Below, piece by piece: positions 12,681 through 24,405 of a stretch of DNA of 64,000 nt (position 1 is the first letter of the stretch; each line of letters begins with the position of its first letter). The position numbers and the translations under genes are program-made. The stretch is from Lama glama (Eukaryota), in contig CM052817.1 of NCBI GenBank assembly GCA_028534125.1, forward strand, positions 92,754,001-92,818,000. Direction: 5' to 3'. The notes beneath the pieces were generated by a model that was not told where the DNA came from, searched no databases, and was given only the letters and a program-made list of their open reading frames with translations.

Positions 12681-14631
12681 TGTATTGTATGAATATATTC
12701 CAATTGCTTTAACCCATCTCTCATTCATGGACATTAAACAAGACACTGATTTTGAATCTTCCCTGTGTTAGCATTCTTAAAGATCATTAGATAGTTAATG
12801 AGCTTGGAATTTTTTTTTGTCCACTCCTGCTTGAGTAAGATGCATGTCTAGAACAGAGTAAATCTGACAAGAACTTTAAGCTAGAACATAGCAGATGATG
12901 GTTACAAGGCTGAGAACACTCTGCTACTGATGGACCCCCTCCTGAAATCTCACTTGGCATACTGAGTACACAATGTTGGGACCAGCTGGAACCCCGAAAC
13001 CCCTCTGTGGTATTAATCATATTGTATAGAGCAGGAGACAACTGCTCCATTCAAATGGTACTGATGTCATGTGAAAAAAAGGCGGATGGATTCACATTTG
13101 GCATTCATTAAGAGGTAGCGGCTGGAGTTAGTCAGAATCCTTGATGATTAACCTTCGATATGCATGGCCACAAATGGTGCTCGGTCCCTTAGCCAGACGC
13201 TCCCTGCGGAGTCCTCCAAAGGACTGGGGCACGTCTCAGAAACCATTTGCTTAGTCATTTAACTAGAGTGCTTGCTTTTGCCAACAGCTTGACAGTTTAA
13301 AAGAGAATAAAAGCCTGTTCCCCACTGGAACTTTCTGGAATTTTGCCATAATCATTACATACAGTGCTCTGAGGAAATTCTGGCTTTATGGCTCTTTAGA
13401 TAAATGGAGTGTGAATTTTACTGTCAGGAGAGAACACTGAAAAACAAAGTAATAAAAGAAAGCAACAATTCAGAACCATGCTCTTTAATATCCTTTTTTA
13501 AAATTAAATATCGATTATGATTTTGCAATTTATTTTCAAGCAAGAACTGTTGAGTAGTTGATCCTCTGAACTTCAGTGTTGGTGCCGGAATTATGGTGAA
13601 AATGAAGTGCTTCTTAAATTGAAAACACTGTAAAATTCCCAAAGGTAATCTTGACACTTCCCTTTATTTCATGTGTTTTAATAGTGGGAATATCATTTCA
13701 AGTTAAGGGAAAAAAGCCTTATCCATACAGCTCATATCCTAAAAGGTAACCAATTATTTTTTGGTCTTTCTTTGATATAATGACATTAATTTAGGAAAGA
13801 TTCAGAAATCAACAATCAAAAATAACATGAATATTTACCCAAACCAATATCATTTATTAAAATACGCCACAATCATGAACAATTACTTGCTTTCTCCACA
13901 AGTCCTCAGGAAGCATCTGATTGTAAGAATGGGTGGCTTAGATATTTCCATTGCTATTCCTGCAGTCACCCACGAGCTAGCGGCATTTTAATGGAGAGGC
14001 TGCCTATATATAACTTGTGAACACACTGATATTTCCTTAGATGAAAGGTTCTTCAGAAACCACAGAATGCACATATTTCCCTAAAAAAAAAAAAAACGGC
14101 AATTTCCCTGGATTCTATCCTGGGTACTTAGTATGTCATTTCTTTGATGATTTATAGAAGCAAGCTCTATCCCCAAGCAATTCCAAGGAACTTCCAGATC
14201 GTCTCTCCTGATATAGCTTATATTTTTCTCAAATACCATGGGAGAGGCTGTATGATACAAACCAGACATCTCTTTCACAAACTCAGGGTCAGGCATACAA
14301 GACATACAGCAAAACAGGCTCTCTGCACCTCCTCCTTCAGTTCTCATTCAATTTATGGACAGCTTCAGATCAGACTGTCCCTTAACACTTTACACTGGTA
14401 TAGTTACAGCAAGGAATGTGCTTTTTATAAAAATTTTACTGTACAGAAAAGTTTAAAAACATTGCCCTATTGTTACTGGTTTTATGGAAGTTGGAAAACC
14501 TTCGCACAACACAGAACTGGACTTCACAGTCAGTACTTATTTGAGCAGGAGAAATTACCGGGCATACGTCAGCAGGTCAGTCAAAGATAATTCCTCCACA
14601 AATTATGGCGTCAAATGTTAAAGCCAGTCCT

Positions 14632-15910
14632 ATCAATCAACAGAGTGGAAAGGCAAACAACAGAACGGTAGAAAATATTTGCACATCAAATATCAGATGA
14701 GTTAATAGACAGAATATGTAAAGAACTACAATAACGAAAAACCAAATGACCCAATTCAAAAATGGGTGAAGAATCTGAATAGACATTCCTCCAAGCATGA
14801 TAGAGAAATGGCCAATAAGTGCATGAAAAGATGCTCAACATCACTAATCATTAGAGAAATGCAGACCAAAGCCACATTGTCACCTCACATCCACTAGGAT
14901 GGCTGCCATCAACAGAACAAAACAAAACAGAAAATAAGAAGTGTTGCCGAGTATGTGGGGAAATTGGAATTCTTGTGTACCAGTGATGGGACTGTAAAAT
15001 GGTACAGCTGCTTTGGAAGACAGTATGGGAGATACTTCCAATAGAATTATCATATGATCCAACAATCCCAGTTCTGGGTGGATACCCAAAAGGACTGAAA
15101 ACAGGATCTTTTCTTTTAATTAAAAGAAATTTTCTTTATAGAAGGATAGTCAGTTTACAATGTGTCAGTTTCTGGTGTACAGCATAATGTTTCAGTCATA
15201 CATAGACATACATATATTTGTTTTCATATTCCTTTTCATTATAGGTTATTTCAAGGTGTTGAATATAGTTACCTGTGCTATACAGAAGAAAATTATTGTT
15301 TATCTGTTTTATATATAGTAGTTAGTATCAGCAAATCTCAAACTCCTAATTTATCCTTTCTCACCTCTTTCCCCTCTGGTGACCATAAATTTGTTTTCCA
15401 TGTCTGTGAGTCTGTTTCTGTGAAAATAGGATCTTCAAGAGATACTTGCACACCCATGTTCATAGCAGCATTATTCACAATAGCCAAGAGGAAGAAGAAA
15501 CCCAAGTATCCATTGCTGTATGAGTGGATGAGTACAATGTGGTATATATAAAAAAGAAGGAAATCCTGTCACATGCTACAACATAGATGAACCTTAAGGA
15601 CATTATGCTAAGTCAAATATGTCAGTCACAAAAAGACAAATACGGTAGGAATCCATCTGTATGAGGTATCTAAAGTAGTCAAATTCATAGGAACATAAAG
15701 CAGAATGATGGTTGGTAGGAGACTGGGGGAGGGGAGAAGGGAAGTTATTGTCTAATGGGGACAGAATTACAGTTTTGCAAGAAGAAAAAGTTCTAGAGAT
15801 CAGTTGCACAACAACGTGGATATACTTAATGTTACTCAACTGTCCACTTTAAAATGGCTGAGTTGGTAAAATTTATGTTATGTGTTTTTTACAATTAAAA
15901 ACTTAAAAAA
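14632..15910 (+). mobile_element. L1MB-type LINE-1 (ORF2 C-terminus and 3'UTR), interrupted by a younger L1
   Basis: aaaatgggtgaagaatctgaatagacatt..aaaagatgctcaacatcactaatcattagagaaatgc..cacccatgttcatagcagcattattcacaatagccaag..gtaaaatttatgttatgtg. Confidence 0.9.
15111..15420 (-). mobile_element. Lineage-type L1 3' end nested in the L1MB, with TSD
   Basis: gtcagtttacaatgtgtcagtttctggtgtacagc...tgtctgtgagtctgtttctg, flanked by tgaaaacaggatctt (15096-15110) and tgaaaataggatctt (15421-15435). Confidence 0.9.
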
Positions 15911-16179
15911 ATTCTGACCAAAACAAAACACAGTCCTTTTGGCCAGTCTAAGAAGCCAGAGTTATGAACTCCACTAGAACCCTACGGTTCCCAAAGGCAG
16001 GGCTAGTTGCTTTTCATCTGATCAAAGCAACTGAGGGTGATGAAAGTTACCCTTTACTTTCAACAACTCTCCACAATTTAACTCAAAAAGTCAGAGCTCT
16101 AACATGTTCTAGTAACTCTGAGATTGTCAGGCACCCTTCTGTCCAAAGCTGAGTGAACAATAAAGGGGCATAACTGAAA

Positions 16180-16387
16180 TTTGCTGAGAGTGGAACTTCA
16201 GTGTTCTCACCAAGAGAGAAGTGAATGAATAAATAAATGTGTAAGTGGATACGTGAGGTGATAGATGTTTAATAGCTAAATGGGGGGAATCCTTTCACAG
16301 TGTCTAGCAAATCACCAACATGGACACTTTAAATATCTTACAATTCTACATGTCAGTTGATACCTCAAAGAAGCTGAATTTTTTTTT
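16180..16387 (+). mobile_element. Short L1MA-type 3' end with 19-bp TSD
   Basis: gtgaggtgatagatg...ggggggaatcctttcacagtgt...cactttaaatatcttacaatt, flanked by taaaggggcataactgaaa (16161-16179) and taaagggacataactgaaa (16388-16406). Confidence 0.85.
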
Positions 16388-16814
16388 TAAAGGGACATAA
16401 CTGAAAATGTTTACCTCAAATTAGGTGTTTGCTCTGGCTCTGGGAAAGAGAGAAACTGGCACATGCTCATCTTATCAGTCCTCTTGGTGCAAGCCAGGAT
16501 GTGAAAGGCTCCCAATCAGAAGTCCTTTCTGCCGCTGCTAATGGGCTCACCTTCACAGCCCTCAAGGTCACAAACACGTGAGTCCTCCTCACAGTTTACA
16601 CTAAGAAGAATGTCACGGAATGCTTAGTAGATCAACGGAGATGAGGACACACAGAAGTTAATTATGCACTTAAGATCCATGGGGAAAAATGTATGTATTC
16701 CTAAACCCCAAGTGGTAAAATAAATCTAAATCCCATAGAATGGCACTCTTGCTTCAGGAGACAATACTGGTTATCAGGACATGGCCTAACAAGGCAATGA
16801 GAGTCATGAATTAC

Positions 16815-17130
16815 TCTAACCGTAAGTATGTTTTCTACGCCTGTAGGTCTATTTCTGTTTTCTAAAAAAGTTCATTTGTGTCTTTTTCTTTCAGATTCCA
16901 GTGTAAGTGATATCATACAATATTTTTCTTTCTCTTTCTGGCTTACTTCACCTGTATGATAATCTCCGGGTCCATTGATGTTGCTGCAATTGAAATTATT
17001 TCATTCTTTTTTAATAGCTGAGTAATATTCCATGCTATCTATCTATCTATCTATATATACACGTATATATAAATATAAATATATGTATACCACATCTTTA
17101 TCCAATCACCTGTTGATGGACATTTAGATT
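16815..17130 (-). mobile_element. L1 3'UTR fragment with internal (CTAT)n/(AT)n
   Basis: agattccagtgtaagtgatatcataca...ggcttacttcac...catctttatccaatcacctgttgatggacatttag. Confidence 0.85.
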
Positions 17131-18831
17131 ATAAATAGTCCAAAGGCAACATTTTTGTTACAATTGTTGATACATAAATTTATCTGAAAAATATTGATAA
17201 TGCTTGCTCATGGCACATTAAAATTTTTTAAAGAGGAAATTATTCAAAATAATATCCTAATGTCAAACAGCACGGCACAGCTCAAGATAAACGTATTCTC
17301 AATTTTATCTATTTATCTCACCTAAAAGGCCCTTAGCTCAAAAGTGCTGCAAGTCACGGACCACTGGTTTGAGTTTATTTCCAACAAGCACTCTATTCTC
17401 CACCAGCCTGGGTCCCAGCCTTTACCCTTGCATCCCCCTGGCCTGGACCCAGTATTTAGCACAGATTCATCAGCATTTTATTTATTTCCTGCATGAAATT
17501 CTTTAATATGACATAAGAAGAAATACATATACTGGTGGGTTATAGAAGAAAATTATACACTGGTTGACTGTCCTTATTTACTCCAATGGAAACAGTATTC
17601 TATTTCTTTTTTAAAAATGTGACATTCTACTTAAGGTTTTTTGTTTTGGGGATTTTCTTTTATGAAGTAAGATCACTTCTGCTCATCATCTTCCTGCTAC
17701 ATCACCCGTTAGCTTTTTAGTAAGCATGAAAGCTAGTGCACATCACTCAAACAGCCAGTGTAAATTAAACTACCCTATTTTAAGTCAATACCTCATCATG
17801 TATAAAGGCTTTAAGAAACTCATGAATAATGTTTACAGGAAACACTTTAATATGAGGATAGGCAAATAACAGTAAAAGAAATAAATTTCATTATAGGAAT
17901 TCGGCAGAAGACAGAAAACATAAACATAATCTGATGAGCATATTAGCTCTGCATTTTCTTCTGAAGGAAATGAAAAAACAGTTCAAAGTTTGGAATTTCC
18001 AAATTACTTTGCAGGCATTTAGCCCCAGTTTCCCAATAAAATAATTTAATTTATTTTCTTTTTTCATCATGTAAACAGAAGCCTGAACCATTTTTGCAAT
18101 AAACTGTTGGATCAAAAGGCATTTTTCCCAAGATAGAAAGTTAAGGCGCTGGAGGCCAAGGACTAAACTACTTCCAGCTGTAAAAGTTGATTTCATTTTT
18201 CCTGGGAAAGCTGGTATTAGCTTTCAATGCGATTCGTGTAATATTTAAGACATGTCAATGGAAGATCAACAGTGCCAATGTTAGTGAGCAACCTGTGCAC
18301 ACACTTTTAGAATTAACCACAGCCTTAAAAAAATTTAAGTTCCCACCAAGATATATCTATGCTAGAGGGATCCACCCTTTACAACAGCCAGCATGCAGTC
18401 AGATACACAAATAAGTTGAAATATAAATAACTGCTTATTTGCTAAGTTAAAGTACCTAACAGTTTATAGAATTTAAATTATGTATTAGATAATCATAACA
18501 CATGCAAAGAAGGAAGATTCTCACTTGGACCCCCACCCTGAGAAATCTGGGCCATCAGGTTAGTCCCCATGGTGCTTTAGGAGAAGAGAATGCTTGGCTG
18601 ATTTTCAGGTCCCAGAATAAAACTCCCAAACAAAGAGGGAAGGTGAAGACATCTCTCAGTCTCTCGGAAACATGCTGGAGACAGCTGGGGTGCATGATAT
18701 ACCCCGGGATGCTCCTCAGAACCTGACCTTTGGTGCTCCGCCTTAAATATCTTTCACCCTGTCCAGAGGACTTAGTTCAAGAATCAAGAAAGAAGGCTGA
18801 AGAAATTAACAGAGCTGGCAGTTTCTTTTGG

Positions 18832-19240
18832 TGCTAAGGTCTGACTGTTTGTCCGCCCTCCAAAATTCACATGTTGGAATATCAACTCCAAATGTGACTG
18901 TGTTAGAAGGTAGAAACTTTGGGCGGGGTAGAGCCCTCATGAATGGGATAAGTGCTCTTATAAAAGAGACCCCAGGTGAGGATACAAGAATCTGTGACCC
19001 AGAGGAGAGCCCTCACCCAGCCAAGGTGGCACTCTGATCTAGGACTTCCAGCCTCCAGAGTTGGTGTGAACTAAATTTCTACTTTTTAAAATTAATTAAT
19101 TAATTAATTTTTATTGAGCTATAGTCAGTTTACAATGCTGTGTCAGTTTCTGGTGTACAGCATAATGTGTCAGACAATTTCTGTTGTTTATAAATTACCC
19201 AGCCTGTGTATTTCATAACAGCAGCATTTCAACATTACAA
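18832..19240 (+). mobile_element. MLT1A-like LTR interrupted by a ~95-bp minus-strand L1 tail (19081-19175)
   Basis: ccctccaaaattcacatgttgga...gagccctcatgaatgggataagtgctcttataaaagagacc...gacttccagcctccag. The insert is flanked by aatttct (19074-19080 and 19176-19182). Confidence 0.85.
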
Positions 19241-20985
19241 AATTCACAGCAAATTTTAATCATTCCGTATTTTCTCAATCAATGGCTCCTAAAAATACCA
19301 TCAGCCTCATGTGCCTCACTGACAAAATGTTTAACTATTAAAAGTGTCAGCACTTGTTTTTTGGTCTCTGTTATCCAAAGCATTTACTAAACTATTTAGT
19401 AAATGTTGGACATTAATATGAGCACTTGCTATGTGGTCCTAAGCCCACGGCCAGCACTCTGAATGTGGCTGCTAGCCTCGGGAAGCTCAGAGCCCAGTTA
19501 GGGAGATAGATGCTCACACACACCTTTATAACCTGCTGTGCTCAGTGCTGTAACAGAAGCACATGTAAGTGCTGTGGATGTCTTAGCCAAACAGGTAAAT
19601 CACAACACCCTATAGCCAAGGCCACACTGATATGTAAACAACGTGCTCTGGGGTCGTAGAGGGTGGAACGATTAACCGGGCCATGGTGAGGACAGGCAAG
19701 CGGGGTGAGAGGACACCTCATAATGAGGGAGCATGAAAGTACATCATGGAAACAAAGGATGATGGAGAACAGCACAGAGGAACTGCACACAGAAACAGTA
19801 TCCTCACACAAACCCCAGTTACCAGAAAACATACTTCTCACGTAAATGCAGAGCTGCACCTGGCCCGAAGTCCCCGGGTGCCAAGATTCTGTAAAATACA
19901 ATCTGAAACCTCTGGTCAGGAGCAGAATTTCTCAAAGATATTTCTTTTGTGGATTGTTTTGGCTTTAAAAACTAGTCCCATGGATTACTTTTGCTTGCCA
20001 CTGGGAAGAAAAACTAAAGAAAAAAATAACCCACCCAAGGATTAATGGAAAGTACATCATTACTTTTGAGGAGATGTCAATAAAATAGTATTTGCTTTAA
20101 ATCAAATATAGTGTAAGAAAATATGGAAGAACTGAATAAAACTTTCATGAACATTATAGTCTGTAAATGAACGCTGTAAGTAATATATGACATTAAGCCA
20201 TGGACCATTTGCAGAGCCACCATGGCTATATCTAAAGAATCAACTATTTGGTGAGTGCATTCCATTCTTAGGAAATGACGGCCTCCCTCCCCCGATAATA
20301 TAAGATCTAACTTATTTTCAAAAATGTTTCATGAAGGTATTTCATGAGAGCTGAAGAATTATGTACACAATTGTAGGTCTCAATGAGGCACCTATTAGAA
20401 AGAGAGCTACTTTATGAAAAGTTAATCATTCAAGAATATGAAATCATCAGTTAAAATTAAACAGGCATTTATCAGACACGTTCTGGAACTGACATTTGCA
20501 GCTCACCTGCCTATAACAAAATGAGGGAAAAAATCAATAAAACCCAGCAACTTCTAGTGAAGCAGAGAAATTCAATTTACTTAACAGTGTTGAAGGAAAC
20601 ACTTTGTATGTGGAGATAGTCAGTCTTACTGCATAAAGAATTAGATTGCTCAAGACAAACAAAAGTTTAAATTAAGAAGATTAAATAAAGGGCAATTCAA
20701 CGCCTCCAGGTCTCTCTACTTCGCCATCATATACCCCTGACATTATTATGAAAGAACAAACTATTCCAGAGTTCTGAGGCATTTCAAAAACTGAGCACTT
20801 TCTAACATTTCAGCTAGTTCAATTCAAGCTGGTTTTCTTTGCTTGAGGCTCTTTCTACGCAAGAATTAGATGAGTCTGAAAAAATGCAATTTGGCCCTGT
20901 GACTGCATTCTTGATTTTTCACTATGTCCCAAAGGAAACAAATCCTAAAAGCTCTAGGACAACAAAAGATACTCGCAATTGCTAC

Positions 20986-21023
20986 CAGTACGAAACAGAA
21001 AAACGAATACCAGAATACACAAT
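20986..21023 (-). other. Candidate small exon (38 nt, or 47 nt with a GC donor at 20977)
   Basis: Strong acceptor cctctgatttttatttttcAG|ATTGTG. The donors are weak: CTG|GTAGCA or ATT|GCGAGT. Confidence 0.35.
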
Positions 21024-21208
21024 CTGAAAAATAAAAATCAGAGGTAACTGGTAATTTCTGTTGAAGGTAGTGATTCTCCTGCATAGATGCTCTGCTTCCT
21101 TTTTTGATATTCATTCTCTTTCTCTCCATCTCTCCCTGCCTCCCTTCCTTCCTCTGTGTGTGCCGGGGGTGCTGGGAGTGGTGGTGTCTCTTCTCTTTAT
21201 ATCCTCAC

Positions 21209-21354
21209 CGAAGGCATACACATAAAAGCATCGTCAAGGAAGTTTTTGAAGTCCTTGAGCCTTGTCTTCAGCATATGGTTCCAAGTAAACCGAGAGGAGG
21301 ATTAAACATTGCAGGGAAGAATTTGGTAGGGTTGTAAGATAATCTTTTCTCAGG
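21209..21354 (-). other. Candidate exon (146 nt), probably untranslated or uORF-containing
   Basis: Donor TCG|GTGAGG and a modest acceptor ctcattttcAG|CCTGAG. All three frames contain stops when read from the acceptor. It lies 185 nt upstream of the 21023 acceptor. Confidence 0.4.
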
Positions 21355-22679
21355 CTGAAAATGAGTTTTGCATTTCAATCTGAGCTTCGGTGATCAAATC
21401 ATTTGGGGGGAATGCTTTGACTTTTTATTAAATATAATCTCAGTATCAGCATGTAGAAAAATTCAAATATAGTATCTTTGTGGGTAGTGAGCTTGCAAAT
21501 AAATAACACAGACCCATTTGGAAGGGAAAATAGGAAGTCTTCCCAAGAGCTCAGTAGGTAATTAGCAAAGAAGAGAGTGCAGGTTTTGAGACACATAAAA
21601 TCTGGTGTGTTTGTGAAAGAGAGGGGCAGGTGATGCAGAGAATGGACTTCTGAGTCTCTCTGATAAAGGCAAGATGCCAGTCTAACATAGATGACAGCAA
21701 AGAAGAGTTTCTAGAAGGAGTTTACTATTAAAATGACAACAGGTCATGGTTTTTTAAATGTAAGAATTCATCAAGTATTCATCATTCCTACAAAGAGCCG
21801 AGCAAAAGTGTTCTAAAATGCTCAGTAATATTAGAAGGAGGAGGCCTGATTCTAGGCATACCCTGTCAAATTCACATGATGCGTAAGGTTTAACATCTTG
21901 TCTACAAGGAGATGTAGGTTTGGTAGGGAGACCAAACATATGTAAATACTTTCTTCTCCTCAATATGTTCTTGGCATCTGAGTCCAGGTTTGGATGTCTG
22001 TTCTCTTGTATCATTAATCAGACTAGCTATGGGTGCACATACAGAATTTAGTCATTTTAGGAGGGTGGAAAATTGGAGGTTGGCATAAGGGGAAAGGGAG
22101 CCACTTTGATAGGAATGGCTGAACAGGTCAGTGGTTGGGTGGCTCAACTACCAGCCAGCTTCTGAATCCAAGGAACACAATGGTTTGATTGGTAATCATT
22201 CCTTTCTGTACTACAGAAGAGAGTCAAAGAGGTCAGCCTATATGTGAAAATATATGCAGAAGTAAAAATACTGCTCAGGGTTCATGGACGACAACCTGGA
22301 TTTCAGACCCCTAGAGTAATCTCCCTACCCTCAATACACATGCCACAGTGTTAAGGTAAATGGAAGAATTAGGGAGAATCCAAGACAGCCATCATTTAAG
22401 AAGCTCTTAGGTTCTTTATTATCTTCTTTAACCCTCGTAACCTTCTTGTGGGGTATGTAGTAGGTTAGAAGTCAGTATATTCTATTGATATCTACCAAGA
22501 TTTCCTTCTCTTCTTTATGTAAATTAAACACTCACATGCAAAGTAATCCTACATATTTTTAAAGGATGCATGCATAATTAAGGCGATATATCAAACACAT
22601 CAGAGAGGATGGCTTCTGGAAGGGGGAAGAAGTGCACATAGCATAATGTGAGCAAAATGCTTTACTAATGATTATAAAG

Positions 22680-22800
22680 TACATCCCAACAGAATTTCCA
22701 TTTTATAGATAAGAAAACCGGTAGCTTTGAGAGGTTAGGAAACTTGTGCAAAGGCATTTAGCTAAAAAAGTGTTGGTTCCAGGAATGCATGCCGTGTTCT
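22680..22800 (-). mobile_element. MIR fragment
   Basis: ccattttatagataagaaaacc...gagaggttaggaaacttgtgcaaagg. Confidence 0.6.
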
Positions 22801-24371
22801 GAATCATTAAGCTTTACTGAAACTCCCGATACTGACGTACTGGACTAGAAAACAACATTTTTAAATCAAAATAGGAAAGTTCACAGAAAAATCTTGTTAA
22901 GCGGAAGGTCACACCAGCCCTTTCTCTTTCTAATGTGGGCAGGTGCATGCCCGAGCAATGAGATGAGCCCTGCCAAAATGATTTCCTTCAATACAGCAAA
23001 CCCTAAATTCAACTCAGTGAACCCTTATTAGGGTCCTACTCCATTCAAAGAACTCTGTTTCGGATTCTAGGTTATGAACATTTATAAGTCAATGATTTGC
23101 ATGATTTCAAGCAATTGTGCTGATGTAGTAACCTATGAAGTTTACTAACCCATTTTTATTTACACACAAATCTTGATCAATTACTAGAATCACTTTTAGA
23201 TAAATAATCCCAATAAAGGGTTCTTCTAGTCCTTAAGTATAAATATCTTTACAATATATTTTATAAGAAATTGAAATTCAGACACAGCATATTTTTTGGT
23301 CAAGGTCTCCACATGGAAGGCTGAGTTGATACACATTATAAATGTAAAGGGAAAATGATTTAATAGGAAAGCCAAAGAGAAGTGTCTAATTATTATGCAG
23401 GAGGAGATATAGGAGATGGCTAGAAATTGGAACATTTTAAAATTACAGAAATGCAGGAATTAATTATGATCCTAAGATGGAACAACAGGCAAAAGGTTGT
23501 CAAATATCATCTTGGTCTGATGGCTAGCTGATGAAATTTTGCCTTTCTTATAACTTTGGATGGGGGCTGGGGGAGCTATACTTCCACAAAACTTTCAAAT
23601 GTTGTCTCCTGCCTAAACAGACACCAACACTCTTCTTTAAACGAGATGCATTCTTTTCTGTTACTCGCATTCATGACTGGACTAGAGTCTATTCTCCGGT
23701 TGCCAAAGCTGGGGACAAGTTATATAAACTTGTTATTGAAGCATTCTAGGAAAGACACAACCACAAGTCTGGGAGGAAGCTGCACAGTAGACTTTGCTTT
23801 CATAAAACTGTAATTTACTGACACCCACCAGGGCCAAAATTGAAGTTCACACTTCCTGAGTCAGTGGTTCCGTATCTTTGGAAGCATGTGCAAAAAGAAT
23901 TCTTTTCAAACTGCTGACGGCTTCCTCAGCTTCTGAACATCTGCGGTGCCCTGGTCCCATGACCATTTTTATTTTGTTTAAAAAAGAAATTTTTTTTTCC
24001 CGGCCAGCTTAAGATTAATTCAAATCAAAAGGCAATTCATTGTGCTCAGTTCTCTCCCCATTTATTCCACTGGTGAGGGAATTACTGCCAGACAGTATGG
24101 TCACGTGGCCTCATAATTCCTGGGCCCACGTAAGAGGAGGCATGTTTGTTATTCCTGACAAACAGATGTAAGGATAAAAGGAGGTACTTGCTTGTTTCAT
24201 TGGTTTCATGTTTGGATCCCTTCATTTTCTTTGCCTTTTAAATCCTAACTTTTGCCCTAGACACCAACTAAAGAAATGACTCCCCTCTTCCCCTTCAAAT
24301 AAAGGAACAAAAAAAAGCATCCAAAGTCAGTTTTAAAGTCCAGTCCAAGCCTTCTCAGGCTTATGACAGCA

Positions 24372-24373
<2 letters not shown>

Positions 24374-24403
<30 letters not shown>
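24374..24403. repeat. (GT)15 microsatellite
   Basis: Seen directly; followed by further alternating purine-pyrimidine sequence. Confidence 0.95.

Positions 24404-24405
<2 letters not shown>

Noticed and set aside
14144..14590. 148-aa + strand ORF
   Set aside because: Non-ATG start, no recognisable motif, no supporting splice structure; a chance ORF of expected size.
16415..16439. 25-nt minus-strand micro-exon (tttctctctttcccAG...GAG|GTAAAC)
   Set aside because: Very short, not frame-preserving, with a modest donor; such pairs arise by chance.
21209..21354. In-frame TGA read as selenocysteine (..QGLQKLP*RCFYVYAF)
   Set aside because: No selenoprotein-like context and no SECIS evidence; a UTR exon with stops is simpler.
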